Shown: positions 38,305 to 48,420 of the stretch, piece after piece
How the letters are laid out: each line of letters opens with the position of its first letter
Numbering within the stretch: the first letter of the stretch is position 1
NCBI GenBank assembly: GCA_949288185.1
Contig: CASEIZ010000065.1
Span: 4,962-68,961 of the forward strand
DNA length: 64,000 nt
Direction: 5' to 3'
DNA from: an uncultured Eubacteriales bacterium
GTDB lineage: Bacteria; Bacillota; Clostridia; TANB77; CAG-508
The notes under the pieces: model-generated
What the model was told of the DNA's origin: nothing
What the model saw: only the letters and a program-made list of their open reading frames with translations
The model's database searches: none
Translations under genes and position numbers: made by a program

Positions 38305-39363
38305 TCACTCTGTTAAAAATTCTTCCATCAAGTCATACTTTCTAGAATAATCTTTTGTTTCTTCATTTGAAAGATAAACTTCTGATGTATTTGTTTTTAA
38401 AAATTCGATAATTTCATAAACATCTATCCAGATTTCATTAGGACTATCTACTTGTGATTCATCAAAGATAAGTTGTATGCCAAAATGGAGATGGGCAACA
38501 TTTATATTATTTACATTTTCTTTTATGCTATATCCAGTCATTCCTAAATATCCGATAACATCACCAGCTTTAACAGTATCTCCTTTTTCTAGACCTTCTA
38601 CATAAGGATGGTCTTTTCGTAGATGAGCATAATAGTAATATCGCTTTCCATCAAAGCTTCTAATACCGACACGCCAACCACCATATTGATTCCAACCAAG
38701 TTGTTCAACAATACCAGATTCGACTGCTATAATGGGTGTTCCGATACTTCCCATTAAATCATTTCCTAAATGGGTTCTTTTAAATCCGTAAGATCTAGAA
38801 TTTCCAAAATCTTTATAATGTGTAAAATAATAATTTTTGGCAATTGGTGAAAAAGCTTTTAAACCATACTTTTTTTCAAAAACTTTCTCATTATTTTCAT
38901 TCATTGTTTCGATAGCATAATTACCAATAAATCCACTTAAAATAGCGGAATAAGCTTCTAAATAATAATCATAAAAGGTTAAAGTAGATGTAAGCTCTTC
39001 CATTGTTTTACCATTTTCTAAATTTTCTACGATTTTATTTAAATCACTTGATTGAAAATTTTTAAAGTTTCCACCATAAATACAAGCTAGATAGGCTAAT
39101 AATTCAATCCAATTATATGTGATTTCTTCATTGTTATTATGAGAATTGATGTCTAATTCAGAAGTTAGTTTTAAAACATTACAAGGAACAGTAAAATCTA
39201 CCCATTTTATATAATCTTCTTCACTATCAGCATTTACTTCAATGGATTGTAAATGTTTTTGGCTGAAATAAAAAATGAGAGTGGAAGATAGAAAGATAAC
39301 TAATATTAGTAGAGATATACATATGATACAATTCTTTTTTATATGTATCGATTTCATAATCAA
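38305..39363 (-). CDS. M23-family (LytM-type) peptidoglycan metalloendopeptidase, membrane-anchored
   Basis: HLGNDL, YAHLRKD and AHLHFGIQL motifs. N-terminal TM. Confidence 0.85.
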   Translation of the reverse strand: MIMKSIHIKKNCIICISLLILVIFLSSTLIFYFSQKHLQSIEVNADSEEDYIKWVDFTVPCNVLKLTSELDINSHNNNEEITYNWIELLAYLACIYGGNFKNFQSSDLNKIVENLENGKTMEELTSTLTFYDYYLEAYSAILSGFIGNYAIETMNENNEKVFEKKYGLKAFSPIAKNYYFTHYKDFGNSRSYGFKRTHLGNDLMGSIGTPIIAVESGIVEQLGWNQYGGWRVGIRSFDGKRYYYYAHLRKDHPYVEGLEKGDTVKAGDVIGYLGMTGYSIKENVNNINVAHLHFGIQLIFDESQVDSPNEIWIDVYEIIEFLKTNTSEVYLSNEETKDYSRKYDLMEEFLTE

Positions 39364-39587
39364 TCAAAACACCTCTTAAAAATATATGAGAATAAAATGA
39401 AAATCATGACGACACTCGTGCAAAGAAATTAAAAAGAATGTTATCAAATGTTCTATAAATATATTTACGAAATCGAAAAATTATATTAAAATAAGTGTAA
39501 AGGGTTTCGTTTATGAATTGTAAGAGATAGCCATACAATGTAATGATAAATAGTATAGGAATAAAATTTTAATAAGGAGTGAAAATA

Positions 39588-40049
39588 TTGAATAGATATA
39601 TGGAATTAGCAAAACAAAATGCAGAAGATGGAATAAATAGGGGAGAAGGAGGACCATTTGGTGCAGTTATTATAGATAAAGAAGGACATATTATTTCAAA
39701 TGGAAACAACCAAGTCATAAAAAATAATGATCCAACAGCACATGCAGAAATTGTTGCGATTAGAGAAGCATGTAAAAAATTAAATACATATGATTTATCA
39801 GATTACATATTATATACGTCTTGTGAACCTTGTCCAATGTGTTTATCAGCAATTATTTGGGCAAATATAAAAGAAGTGTACTATGGTTGCACAAAAGAAG
39901 ATGCTGGAGAAATTGGTTTTCGAGATGATATGATTTATGATTATTTAAAAGGCAATAAATCTAATTTGATTGATTTGAAAAAAATGGATAGAGATGAATG
40001 TTTAGAAGTATTTAAAAAGTATAAAGAAACAGATGGAATTATTTATTAA
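39588..40049 (+). CDS. Guanine deaminase (GuaD-like CDA-fold nucleoside/nucleotide deaminase)
   Basis: GGPFGAVI, DPTAHAEIVAIREA and CEPCPMCLSAIIWA closely parallel B. subtilis GuaD as I recall it. TTG 39588 lies 8 nt after AAGGAG. Confidence 0.75.
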   Translation: MNRYMELAKQNAEDGINRGEGGPFGAVIIDKEGHIISNGNNQVIKNNDPTAHAEIVAIREACKKLNTYDLSDYILYTSCEPCPMCLSAIIWANIKEVYYGCTKEDAGEIGFRDDMIYDYLKGNKSNLIDLKKMDRDECLEVFKKYKETDGIIY

Positions 40050-40168
40050 ATCTATTAATATGAATAATATTGAAATCATATATAGAATAGATAAAGATGA
40101 GTTAAGTAAAAGGAAGATAGCATATCTTCCTTTTACTGGTAATTTACATGTTACTAGTCCAATATATA

Positions 40169-40738
40169 TTATTGCAAAATGTTTTCAGCTCTTGCCTTCA
40201 AAGAATCGTCTTTTTCTATATAATAGTGTAGTCCATACACTAATTCTATTAGTGTATCTCTATCATCTTGTGATAGATTTTCTGTTTCTAAAACAGTTAA
40301 TATCATATCATAGAAACGTATACTAGATTCTGATAGTTCTTCATTTATATCTATTTCTTGGAAACCAGAATTTTCTTCTTCTATTTGTTTGGTTACAGAA
40401 TCAAAATCTTCATAATATCTATTCATAATACTTCTAACTTTATTGTTAAAATTTTCCTGAGCAATAGCTTCTTCTTTGAATTGAGTATCTTTAGAATTCA
40501 TGTTAGCATCATATCCTTCTATTGAAGAACCAACTTGATTTACATGGTCTTTAAAAAATTGTTCTTTTTCTGCTAATGCTTTTTCTCTTGCTTCCTGGTT
40601 AGCTTCTTCTATCATCTCATCATTAATTTGAGGTAAAATTGTAGCCATATATCCACCAGAAAATAAACCAATGATTATGAAAGCAATAATGAATATAATA
40701 GAAATAGAAACAATAATGAGTATTTTTTTCTTATTCAT
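40169..40738 (-). CDS. Membrane-anchored protein of unknown function (N-terminal TM, acidic coiled extracytoplasmic part)
   Basis: ORF with an RBS, last gene of the sigma/anti-sigma operon. Confidence 0.6.
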   Translation of the reverse strand: MNKKKILIIVSISIIFIIAFIIIGLFSGGYMATILPQINDEMIEEANQEAREKALAEKEQFFKDHVNQVGSSIEGYDANMNSKDTQFKEEAIAQENFNNKVRSIMNRYYEDFDSVTKQIEEENSGFQEIDINEELSESSIRFYDMILTVLETENLSQDDRDTLIELVYGLHYYIEKDDSLKARAENILQ

Positions 40739-40787
40739 AAAATCACCTCTTTCTCAAAATAATTATAAAATAGTTAAGTATAAATAA

Positions 40788-42011
40788 TTATTTTTTTACC
40801 AATTCTATAAAAAACTCTTGGCCATTATATATGAAATGTAAATATAGTTCATCTGTCATATTATATTTCGTTAATTCAAATGAAAAAGTGGCTTTAACTG
40901 ATAAATTTTCTTTGTTAATTACCATTGTATTTCCTTCAATTAAACTGAAATCTTGATAAAATATTTCATCATTAGAATTTTTTATATAGACATCTTCAAA
41001 TAAATCTGGAGAAGATAGGCTTTCATCATAATTATTCTTTTTCCTTTCTGCATTAATGATATCTGTAATTTCTTGACTACTTTTTCCTTCTTCTCTAAGG
41101 TTATTTGCCAGTTTTTTATAATAAGAATCTTCATAGTCTGAGTTCAATTTGGCTTCTATTTGAACAGTAGATGTTGTGTTGTAAACAGAAACATTGTTTA
41201 TTATTACATCTGTATGATTACTTTCTTTAGGTGTATATAATGAAACTTCTCTATTATAAAATTTTTCGGGTATGTTTAATTCTATTTTCCAATGGCAGTT
41301 TAATTCTTCATCATTTATCATAAGATTCCTAATATTAATATATAATTTTTGACTTTTCGGATAACCATTTGAATAGAAATTATATATACAATTTGCTTCT
41401 GAATAATTTTCGCTTATTGTAGAGTAATAATTTAATCCACTATTTATATAATGAGAATTAAAATTGCCAAAAGTATCATCTAAGTGATTATTTGAACAGT
41501 ATTCATCAAACATAGATTGTTCATTACAGTATAAGATATTTTTATTTTCGTCACTAATTAAAATATTTTTGAAACTGATATCAGCAGATGTTTTATTCAA
41601 ACTTTCATCTAATTGAAGAGAAAAGTTTATTCCCAAAATATAATCATCCATCACAACTTCTGATACTTTCAATTTAATATTATCAGATTCTATGTAGTTC
41701 ATATTAGAATTTAAGATATAATCATTATCTATAGCATTTTGAATACTTTTACTATCACCAAAGAAGAATTTAGTAACAAAGTTTTTTATATCTTTTGCAT
41801 ATACAACTCCACTTGTTAAAAGTATGATGCACATTCCATATATGATAGCTTGTCTGAATTTTGTTTTAGGCTTGTAAGAATTCTTTAAACTTTGGCAGGT
41901 TAATTGAATATTATTTTTAAAACCTATAGGAATATCCCTATTAGAATTAAAGTAGGAATAACATAAATTATCGATGTTATCATTCTCGGAACTATTTGCT
42001 CTGAATTTCAT
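40788..42011 (-). CDS. Anti-sigma factor-like membrane protein (DUF4179-type)
   Basis: Overlaps the sigma gene 3' end. A short cytoplasmic N-terminus, a single TM (AIIYGMCIILLTSGVVYA) and a large extracytoplasmic domain. GGAGG lies 7 nt before the ATG at 42011. Confidence 0.6.
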   Translation of the reverse strand: MKFRANSSENDNIDNLCYSYFNSNRDIPIGFKNNIQLTCQSLKNSYKPKTKFRQAIIYGMCIILLTSGVVYAKDIKNFVTKFFFGDSKSIQNAIDNDYILNSNMNYIESDNIKLKVSEVVMDDYILGINFSLQLDESLNKTSADISFKNILISDENKNILYCNEQSMFDEYCSNNHLDDTFGNFNSHYINSGLNYYSTISENYSEANCIYNFYSNGYPKSQKLYINIRNLMINDEELNCHWKIELNIPEKFYNREVSLYTPKESNHTDVIINNVSVYNTTSTVQIEAKLNSDYEDSYYKKLANNLREEGKSSQEITDIINAERKKNNYDESLSSPDLFEDVYIKNSNDEIFYQDFSLIEGNTMVINKENLSVKATFSFELTKYNMTDELYLHFIYNGQEFFIELVKK

Positions 42012-42531
42012 CAGAAAACCTCCTTCCTTCATAATATTTTTTGATTTTTTCTTTTCCTCTTTTTAATCTACTTTTTACAGTATTAACATTTATCTTTAGA
42101 ATTTTAGATATTTCGCTACAGGATAACTGACTTCCATATTTTAAAGTAATAACTAAGTTTTCTTCATAGTTTAAATTTTTTAAGGCCAATTCAAAATCAA
42201 TTTTATTGTCGATATCATTTATACAATAGGAAGAGCTAAGTAACACATCAATTTCATTCTGATAATTGCTATTTTTAGACTTTTGCTTATATATTTTATT
42301 ACATTCATTTATAAGAATTCTAATAGCCCATGTTTTAAAATATTGATAATTTCTAATTTTATGGATATTTTTGTAAATATTGATAATCGTATTTTGCGTT
42401 GCGTCATTTATATCATCTATATTTTTTAAGCGAATGGAAGCTATTCTGTATAAATCATTTTCAATTGTTTGGATTAATTTCGTAAAGCTCTGAATATCAT
42501 TATTTTTAGAATTTTCAATTAAAGTTTCCAA
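41992..42531 (-). CDS. ECF-type sigma-70 family RNA polymerase sigma factor
   Basis: Region 2 (DDINDATQNTIINIYKNIHKI...FKTWAIRILINECN) and region 4 HTH (LSCSEISKILKINVNTVKSRLKRGKEKI). Confidence 0.85.
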   Translation of the reverse strand: METLIENSKNNDIQSFTKLIQTIENDLYRIASIRLKNIDDINDATQNTIINIYKNIHKIRNYQYFKTWAIRILINECNKIYKQKSKNSNYQNEIDVLLSSSYCINDIDNKIDFELALKNLNYEENLVITLKYGSQLSCSEISKILKINVNTVKSRLKRGKEKIKKYYEGRRFSDEIQSK

Positions 42532-42631
42532 TATGAACTAACCTCCTTCATATATTAGATATTCTAAATTAGAAAAATGGGTTCATAAATTAGCTATTTT
42601 ATAAAATTTAAAGGGATTATAAAAATAGAAG

Positions 42632-44140
42632 TCAGACTTCTATTTTATTAAATTTCATTAAAGCTAATTTAAAAAGTAAAATGAAATATATTAGATATAT
42701 CATCATAGAATGCCATAAATTTATTCCACTAATACTTGAAGTGTTTCCAAATAAATAGATACTAAAATCCCAATTATTTGTTATAAAAAATCTTGTTACA
42801 ATTGATAAACTTTCTACTTTTGACCATTCAACAAGTATTGTATTTGTGAATAAAAATGCAATTAAAGTTAAAATCATGGACATAGCAATATTTTTATTAA
42901 AAGTCCCAATGAATATACAAAATAGTATGACAATTATATACATAGGAATTTTTGTGATTCCTACTAATATGATGTAAGTAAATAAATTCATAGTAAATAC
43001 TTGTTCATGAATATAATCATAACCAATATAATCTAAGGCATAACTATCAAATCCAAAAATAAATCCACCAACAAAATACTGAATCATGACAATAAAAATC
43101 ATAGAAATAATTACAGTAAAGATACAAGCGAATATTTTAGATATCAGAATTGAGCTTCTTTTATGTGGTTTAGATAATAGATTTTTTATTGTTTTTTTAC
43201 TAATTTCTTCTGTTATGATAGTAGAAGAAATGTAAATAGCAATAATAATGATAATCAAGTCAAAGTGTTCAAACGTTCTTATAAAGGAAATTCTTGCATC
43301 AATATTATTATCGTAAATTAGATTGTTTTCATTTGATATATCATATTCAATATTATTTTCTATGGCATATTTACATAGTTGCATTCTAGCTGTATATTCA
43401 TTTATATTTTTATCAACAAAAGTTTGTGATTCGCCATATGAATTTGATTGAAATAATTGTATGCTGTAATAATTACTTTTATATTGCTCTAAATATTGGT
43501 TTTGCATATTATAGTCGAAGTTTATATGATTATCTAACCTTAAAAGATAAAGTTCTATCTCAAAATTTATTTCTTGAATTTCTTTATCTAAAAGTGTATC
43601 GGTATTTTTTCTTTCTTCTAAATTTTTAATTTTTAAATTAACAAAATTTTTCCAGTTGTTTGAATTTAAAGCTTTTACATACTCATTATATTTAAGTTTG
43701 GAATTTTCATACAGATCTAATGTTATTTGTGTATGGGGGTTATACTCATAATCATTAATATTATATAAATAAGTTTGTATATCTAAATTGTAATCTGTGA
43801 AAACATTATTTACGATATGACTAGTGGTTTCTTCTTTTAGTGCATATCTTTGCCATGAATTTTCTTCAAATGTATTGTATAATTTATAAAAATCAATTGA
43901 TACTCTTTGATTAATGTATTCTTCTATATTGTCCGTCATTTTTTCTAAGGCTGTTTCCATACCTGTAATAGAAACATCTTTTGTATCACTACCAAAAGAA
44001 GATATTTCATTTTGATTAGGATTAATATAGTTGTAAACGATAATTGCTATTATTGAGAGAAATAATAAAAAATAGATACTTTTCCTTTTAAATATTTTTA
44101 TTAATTCACTTTTAATTAATTTAATCAATTTTATTCTCAC
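42632..44140 (-). CDS. ABC-2 type transporter permease with a large extracytoplasmic loop
   Basis: N-terminus LIKSELIKIFKRKSIYFLLF and C-terminal 5-6 TM helices. Overlaps the ATPase gene stop. Confidence 0.7.
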   Translation of the reverse strand: MRIKLIKLIKSELIKIFKRKSIYFLLFLSIIAIIVYNYINPNQNEISSFGSDTKDVSITGMETALEKMTDNIEEYINQRVSIDFYKLYNTFEENSWQRYALKEETTSHIVNNVFTDYNLDIQTYLYNINDYEYNPHTQITLDLYENSKLKYNEYVKALNSNNWKNFVNLKIKNLEERKNTDTLLDKEIQEINFEIELYLLRLDNHINFDYNMQNQYLEQYKSNYYSIQLFQSNSYGESQTFVDKNINEYTARMQLCKYAIENNIEYDISNENNLIYDNNIDARISFIRTFEHFDLIIIIIAIYISSTIITEEISKKTIKNLLSKPHKRSSILISKIFACIFTVIISMIFIVMIQYFVGGFIFGFDSYALDYIGYDYIHEQVFTMNLFTYIILVGITKIPMYIIVILFCIFIGTFNKNIAMSMILTLIAFLFTNTILVEWSKVESLSIVTRFFITNNWDFSIYLFGNTSSISGINLWHSMMIYLIYFILLFKLALMKFNKIEV

Positions 44141-45026
44141 CTACCTTTTTGATAAAGGCTTCCTCAGATGTTAATTTTTCTTCTTGCAGTGAATAAATTT
44201 GATATTTATTTTCTATAAGTTTTTGCATTAGTTCTGTAAGTTTGTCCTTTGAAATATATACTCTTATTTTATTATCTTTTATAATCTCAAACTTATAATC
44301 AGAAATTATTTTTGCTAGATTACCAATGTAATTTAATTCTAATATATAAGAACTTATATTAGATATAGTCGTAAAGTTTTCAATTGTATCATCTGCAATA
44401 ATTTTTCCATTTTTTATAGCAATGATTCTATTACATAAATTGTCGATTTCAGTTAAATTATGACTAGATATAAAAATAGCCATTCCTTGTTGTGATAATT
44501 TTTTAATCAAATTTCGTATTTCTATGATACCTTCAACATCTAATCCATTTGTTGGTTCATCTAAAATTAATAATTCTGGCTCATTAATGATTGCTTCAGC
44601 GATTCCTAATCTTTGTCTCATTCCTAGTGAATAGTTTGAAACTTTGTCTTTTATTCTGTTTTCCAATCCTACTATTTTAATAACCTCATGTATTCGGTCT
44701 TTAGAGATATTTTTATAATTATTTGCTATTATTTTTAGATTATCATATCCAGATAAGTACATATATAAGTCTGGATTTTCAACAATAGAGCCGACTTTTT
44801 CTATTGCCTTAATAAAATTTTTTTCAATATCAAATCCGTTAATAAAGACTTTACCTTCAGACAATTTCATTAATCCCAAAATCAGTTTTATAATGGTTGT
44901 TTTTCCAGCGCCATTGGGCCCAATAAATCCTACAATATCACCCTTGTTTATTGAAAAAGAAATATTTTCAACAATTATTTTGTTTTTTATTTGTTTTTTT
45001 AAATTATTACATTTTAATATTTCCAT
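44121..45026 (-). CDS. ABC transporter ATP-binding protein
   Basis: Walker A GPNGAGKTT, signature YSLGMRQR, Walker B LILDEPTNGLD. Confidence 0.9.
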   Translation of the reverse strand: MEILKCNNLKKQIKNKIIVENISFSINKGDIVGFIGPNGAGKTTIIKLILGLMKLSEGKVFINGFDIEKNFIKAIEKVGSIVENPDLYMYLSGYDNLKIIANNYKNISKDRIHEVIKIVGLENRIKDKVSNYSLGMRQRLGIAEAIINEPELLILDEPTNGLDVEGIIEIRNLIKKLSQQGMAIFISSHNLTEIDNLCNRIIAIKNGKIIADDTIENFTTISNISSYILELNYIGNLAKIISDYKFEIIKDNKIRVYISKDKLTELMQKLIENKYQIYSLQEEKLTSEEAFIKKVGENKID

Positions 45027-45041
45027 TAGAAATCCCCTTTT

Positions 45042-46005
45042 TTAAATATTTTTAATATCTTTGTTTTTGAATATAATCATCAGTAATGAAAATATTAATA
45101 ATAAACTTATAGAAGAAATGACGATAGATTGTTTTATTAATATATCAGTAGTAAAAAGATATTTACTTATATCCCAATGATAAATAAATAGATATTGAGT
45201 AATATTATTAATTAGAAATTTTATGGTGGATATAATGTATAATCCTAAAGAAATTAATATATTTAAGGCTATGTTGTTAGTAATAATGCCAAATAATAAA
45301 CTTATGCAACTTAGTAATAAGTACATAGGCAATTTTGCCAAAGTCACTGTTAACATATATTGTAATAAATTCATAGTTTCTATAGATTGTGAAAAATGAT
45401 TATATCTTATAGCCTTTAATGAATAACTTTCAAATCCAAACAATAAGCCTCCAAGTATATATTGAAAAATTAACAAGAATGTTATTGTTAGTATGATAAT
45501 CAATATATTTGTTAGTATTTTAGATAATAATATTTTTATTCTCGAATGAGGTTTAGTTAATAGATTTTTAATTGTACCATTATGAAATTCCTCAGAGATA
45601 ATAGTACATGACAAATAAATGATAATGAAAATAATAATAATATCAAAATTATCAAATATTTTCATTAATAAAATTCTAGCATCTAATGGGATGGGAGCAT
45701 TACTATTTTGAGAATTTAATAAGATATTATATTCAATATTATTTTCAATAGCATATTTTTCTAATTCTATTCTTTCAACAATATTTTCATATCCTTCATC
45801 AAGATTTAGTTCATTATAATTTTCTAAAAAGAATGTATCAGTATTATATGCTCTTTTATATTGAGTACTAATATCTACATTTGAAGTGGTAAATCTTTGA
45901 AATAAATTGTAGCCGACAATAATGAGAATGCCGAATAATGAATAATATGTATATATTTTTTCGCTTAAATATTTTTACTAATTCATTTTTGATTAATTTT
46001 AACAT
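45042..46005 (-). pseudogene. Shorter paralogue of the ABC-2 permease, broken after codon 24 at an in-frame CGG (45933-45931)
   Basis: The ATG at 46005 follows AGGGGA. MLKLIKNELVKIFKRKNIYILFII-[CGG]; the +1 frame continues GILIIVGYNLFQ... into ORF 45042..45665. Spacing matches the paralogue (KRKSIYFLLFLSIIAIIVYNY). Confidence 0.7.
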
Positions 46006-46149
46006 TTAAAAATCCCCTATAAATATTTAGTATTTCAAATTATTTATATATTTTCTCCTATATATAAGATAACTTAAAAAAGGTATTTGGGTGCAAGTTT
46101 TATAAAAAAGTTCTTAAATTACTTGCAAAGACAATTTAAGAACTTCTAA

Positions 46150-46226
<77 letters not shown>

Positions 46227-46401
46227 ATACATAATATTATAACTGTTTATCGTTAATTTTACAAGAGTTTTTTATTATTTTATAATTATTATTGCAAAAA
46301 ATAGTATTTATAAAGTATTTTACATGAAAACATTAAAAAAATATAAAAAACACTTGCAAACTAGAAAAAAATATGCTATTATATATAAGCATGAAATAAA
46401 T

Positions 46402-46477
46402 CGAGGTGTAGCGCAGTTGGTAGCGCGCGTGGTTTGGGACCATGAGGTCGCAGGTTCGATCCCTGTCACCTCGACCA
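46402..46477 (+). tRNA. tRNA-Pro (anticodon UGG)
   Basis: Acceptor CGAGGTG/CACCTCG. Anticodon loop TTTGGGA. T-loop GGTTCGATCCC. CCA encoded. Confidence 0.9.
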
Positions 46478-46480
46478 GAA

Positions 46481-46520
46481 GAAAGAACTGGGCTGATGAT
46501 AGTCAAGTTCTTTTTTTATT
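46481..46520 (+). terminator. Terminator after tRNA-Pro
   Basis: aaagaact...agttcttt hairpin followed by a T-run. Confidence 0.55.
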
Positions 46521-46552
46521 TCTTGTAATTATATACAAGGAGAAACAAAACA

Positions 46553-47236
46553 ATGAGGATTTTAGAATTTATTTTAAGTAAAAAAGAATATTTAGAAGAT
46601 TTCATTACAAGAAGTACATATCATTCAAATGCTATTGAGGGTAGCACACTTACCTATGCGGAAACTTATGCTATTCTATACAATGATAATAGCTTTAAAA
46701 TCGAAGGAAAAGAGCCAAGGGAAATATATGAAGCTATAAATCATAAAAAAGCATTAGAATTAGTTTTTAAGAATTTACAAAGTAATGAAGAATTTAATGA
46801 AAGATTTATAAAGGAATTAAATGAGACGATAAATAGAGATATTAAAGATACAGAAGGTTATCGAATTGTGCAAGTATTTATTCAAGGTAGTGAACATATT
46901 CCACCTGAGCCTGAAAAAGTTCCAAATTTAATGATGTATTATATGTATAATTATAATCATGATGAACAAGATATTTTTACTAAAATTGCTAAATATCATA
47001 TTGATTTTGAAAAAATACATCCTTTTGAAGATGGAAATGGAAGAACAGGTAGATTGCTTATAAATTATGAATTGCTAAAAAATGATTTACCACCTGTTGT
47101 TATAGCTAAAGAAGATAGGGTAAAGTATTTTGAATTTTTAAGAAATAATGATAGTAATGGCTTAGCTGAATGGCTAAAATATTTATCTACTAGAGAAGAA
47201 GAAAGAATGGAGAAGTTTGGATATAAACAAGTATAA
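46553..47236 (+). CDS. Fic-family protein (AMPylase type) with an N-terminal inhibitory-helix-like motif
   Basis: Fic motif HPFEDGNGRTGR. The N-terminal SNAIEG fits the (S/T)xxxE(G/N) motif. Confidence 0.85.
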   Translation: MRILEFILSKKEYLEDFITRSTYHSNAIEGSTLTYAETYAILYNDNSFKIEGKEPREIYEAINHKKALELVFKNLQSNEEFNERFIKELNETINRDIKDTEGYRIVQVFIQGSEHIPPEPEKVPNLMMYYMYNYNHDEQDIFTKIAKYHIDFEKIHPFEDGNGRTGRLLINYELLKNDLPPVVIAKEDRVKYFEFLRNNDSNGLAEWLKYLSTREEERMEKFGYKQV

Positions 47237-47260
47237 TACAAAAAAGAAGGAGTGATAATT

Positions 47261-47626
47261 TTGAACATATATGTTGCACATTCAAATAAATTTGATTATA
47301 TAAAAAAATTATATGAACCGATTAAAAATGCTAAATCTTTATCAATACATAATTTCTTTTTTCCTCATGATGAAGTAAATAAGTTAGTAAAAACAAAAGA
47401 GATAATAAAAAATTATGATTTAGTTATTGCAGAAGTATCTTTACCGGCTACAGGACTAGGTATAGAATTAGGTTGGGCAGATGACTCAAGCACGCAAATA
47501 TTATGTATACATGAAAAAGGGTCAAAAATTAGTTCATCTTTGAAATTTATAACAAATAATTTTATTGAATATGATAATTCAAAAGATTTGATAGAAAAAA
47601 TAGAGAAATTTTTAAATAGTTTATAA
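47261..47626 (+). CDS. Nucleoside 2-deoxyribosyltransferase-like small Rossmann-fold protein
   Basis: N-terminal IYVAHS strand and ATGLGIELGWA (a conserved Glu in a GxxxExGxA context, as in NDT-family proteins). TTG start 8 nt after AAGGAG. Confidence 0.4.
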   Translation: MNIYVAHSNKFDYIKKLYEPIKNAKSLSIHNFFFPHDEVNKLVKTKEIIKNYDLVIAEVSLPATGLGIELGWADDSSTQILCIHEKGSKISSSLKFITNNFIEYDNSKDLIEKIEKFLNSL

Positions 47627-47652
47627 ATTAATTAGAAAGGAGATAAGATAAA

Positions 47653-48072
47653 ATGAGAAATTTATTAGTAGTTGCAGTAATGATAAAATGTAAAGATAAA
47701 TATTTATTCATAAAACAAGATAAAGTAGGGGGTGCTTTTTCAGGTTGTCTACTTACAGTTGGTGGAAAGATAGAAGAAAATGAAACTCCAGAAGAAGCAA
47801 TAAAAAGAGAAGTATTAGAGGAAGTGGATATAAAATTAGATAAAGTAATTCCTTTTGATTTTGATAGTGAAATAACAATGTATAAAGGAGAAGAAACTCA
47901 ATTAATTTCACTAAGATATACATCAGAAGTTAATAATTTTTATGCAAAACCTGGATCGGATGCTAAAGAAGTATTTTGGCTAAAAAAAGATGAATTACTA
48001 AAATATAACCAAAATCCAATGACAAAAAGATTTTTATATAAACTAGGTTTGATATCTAAAGAAGATATATGA
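47653..48072 (+). CDS. NUDIX hydrolase
   Basis: Nudix box GGKIEENETPEEAIKREVLEEVDI. Confidence 0.85.
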   Translation: MRNLLVVAVMIKCKDKYLFIKQDKVGGAFSGCLLTVGGKIEENETPEEAIKREVLEEVDIKLDKVIPFDFDSEITMYKGEETQLISLRYTSEVNNFYAKPGSDAKEVFWLKKDELLKYNQNPMTKRFLYKLGLISKEDI

Positions 48073-48077
48073 AAGAT

Positions 48078-48100
48078 TACTGCATTCAATTTGCATTCAA
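48078..48100 (+). repeat. Direct repeat A (TTACTGCATTCAAT-TTGCATTCA), left copy
   Basis: Matches 51691-51714 at 23 of 24 positions, with one inserted A in the right copy. Confidence 0.75.
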
Positions 48101-48149
48101 AAAATGTCGAAGTGCTAGAAAATAGGTGATTCTCAAAAGCAAATTCTCC

Positions 48150-48161
48150 TCACCTCGACCA
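48150..48161 (+). repeat. 12-bp copy of the tRNA-Pro 3' end (TCACCTCGACCA)
   Basis: Identical to 46466-46477. A G+C-rich 12-mer in an AT-rich background. Confidence 0.6.
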
Positions 48162-48252
48162 TACGATAGCAATTTTGAGGGAACTCAAGGAAATTGCAAA
48201 AGTCTGAAAGGGTATTAATCAATGGATTTTGGTTAATACTCTTTTTCTATGC

Positions 48253-48296
48253 AGTTCTCAAAAATTCTATAAAAAGTTCTAAAATAGTTCTAAAAT
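48253..48296 (+). repeat. Four tandem 11-bp iterons upstream of the rep gene
   Basis: agttctcaaaa / attctataaaa / agttctaaaat / agttctaaaat. Further TGTTTTAAAAA-like copies lie at 48300-48352. Confidence 0.7.
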
Positions 48297-48420
48297 TTAT
48301 GTTTTAAAAAAATTTTAGGTATATAAAAAATGTTTTAAAAAGTTTTAAAAAACTGTATAGGACTTAAATATGCTCTTTCATCAAAATTAAAGACAATAAA
48401 AGTCTTAGAAAGGATGAAAG

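Noticed and set aside
46324-46581. 85-aa ORF on the plus strand
   Set aside because: It spans tRNA-Pro and its terminator and has no RBS. The translated GVAQLVARVVWDHEVAGSIP segment is simply the tRNA sequence.
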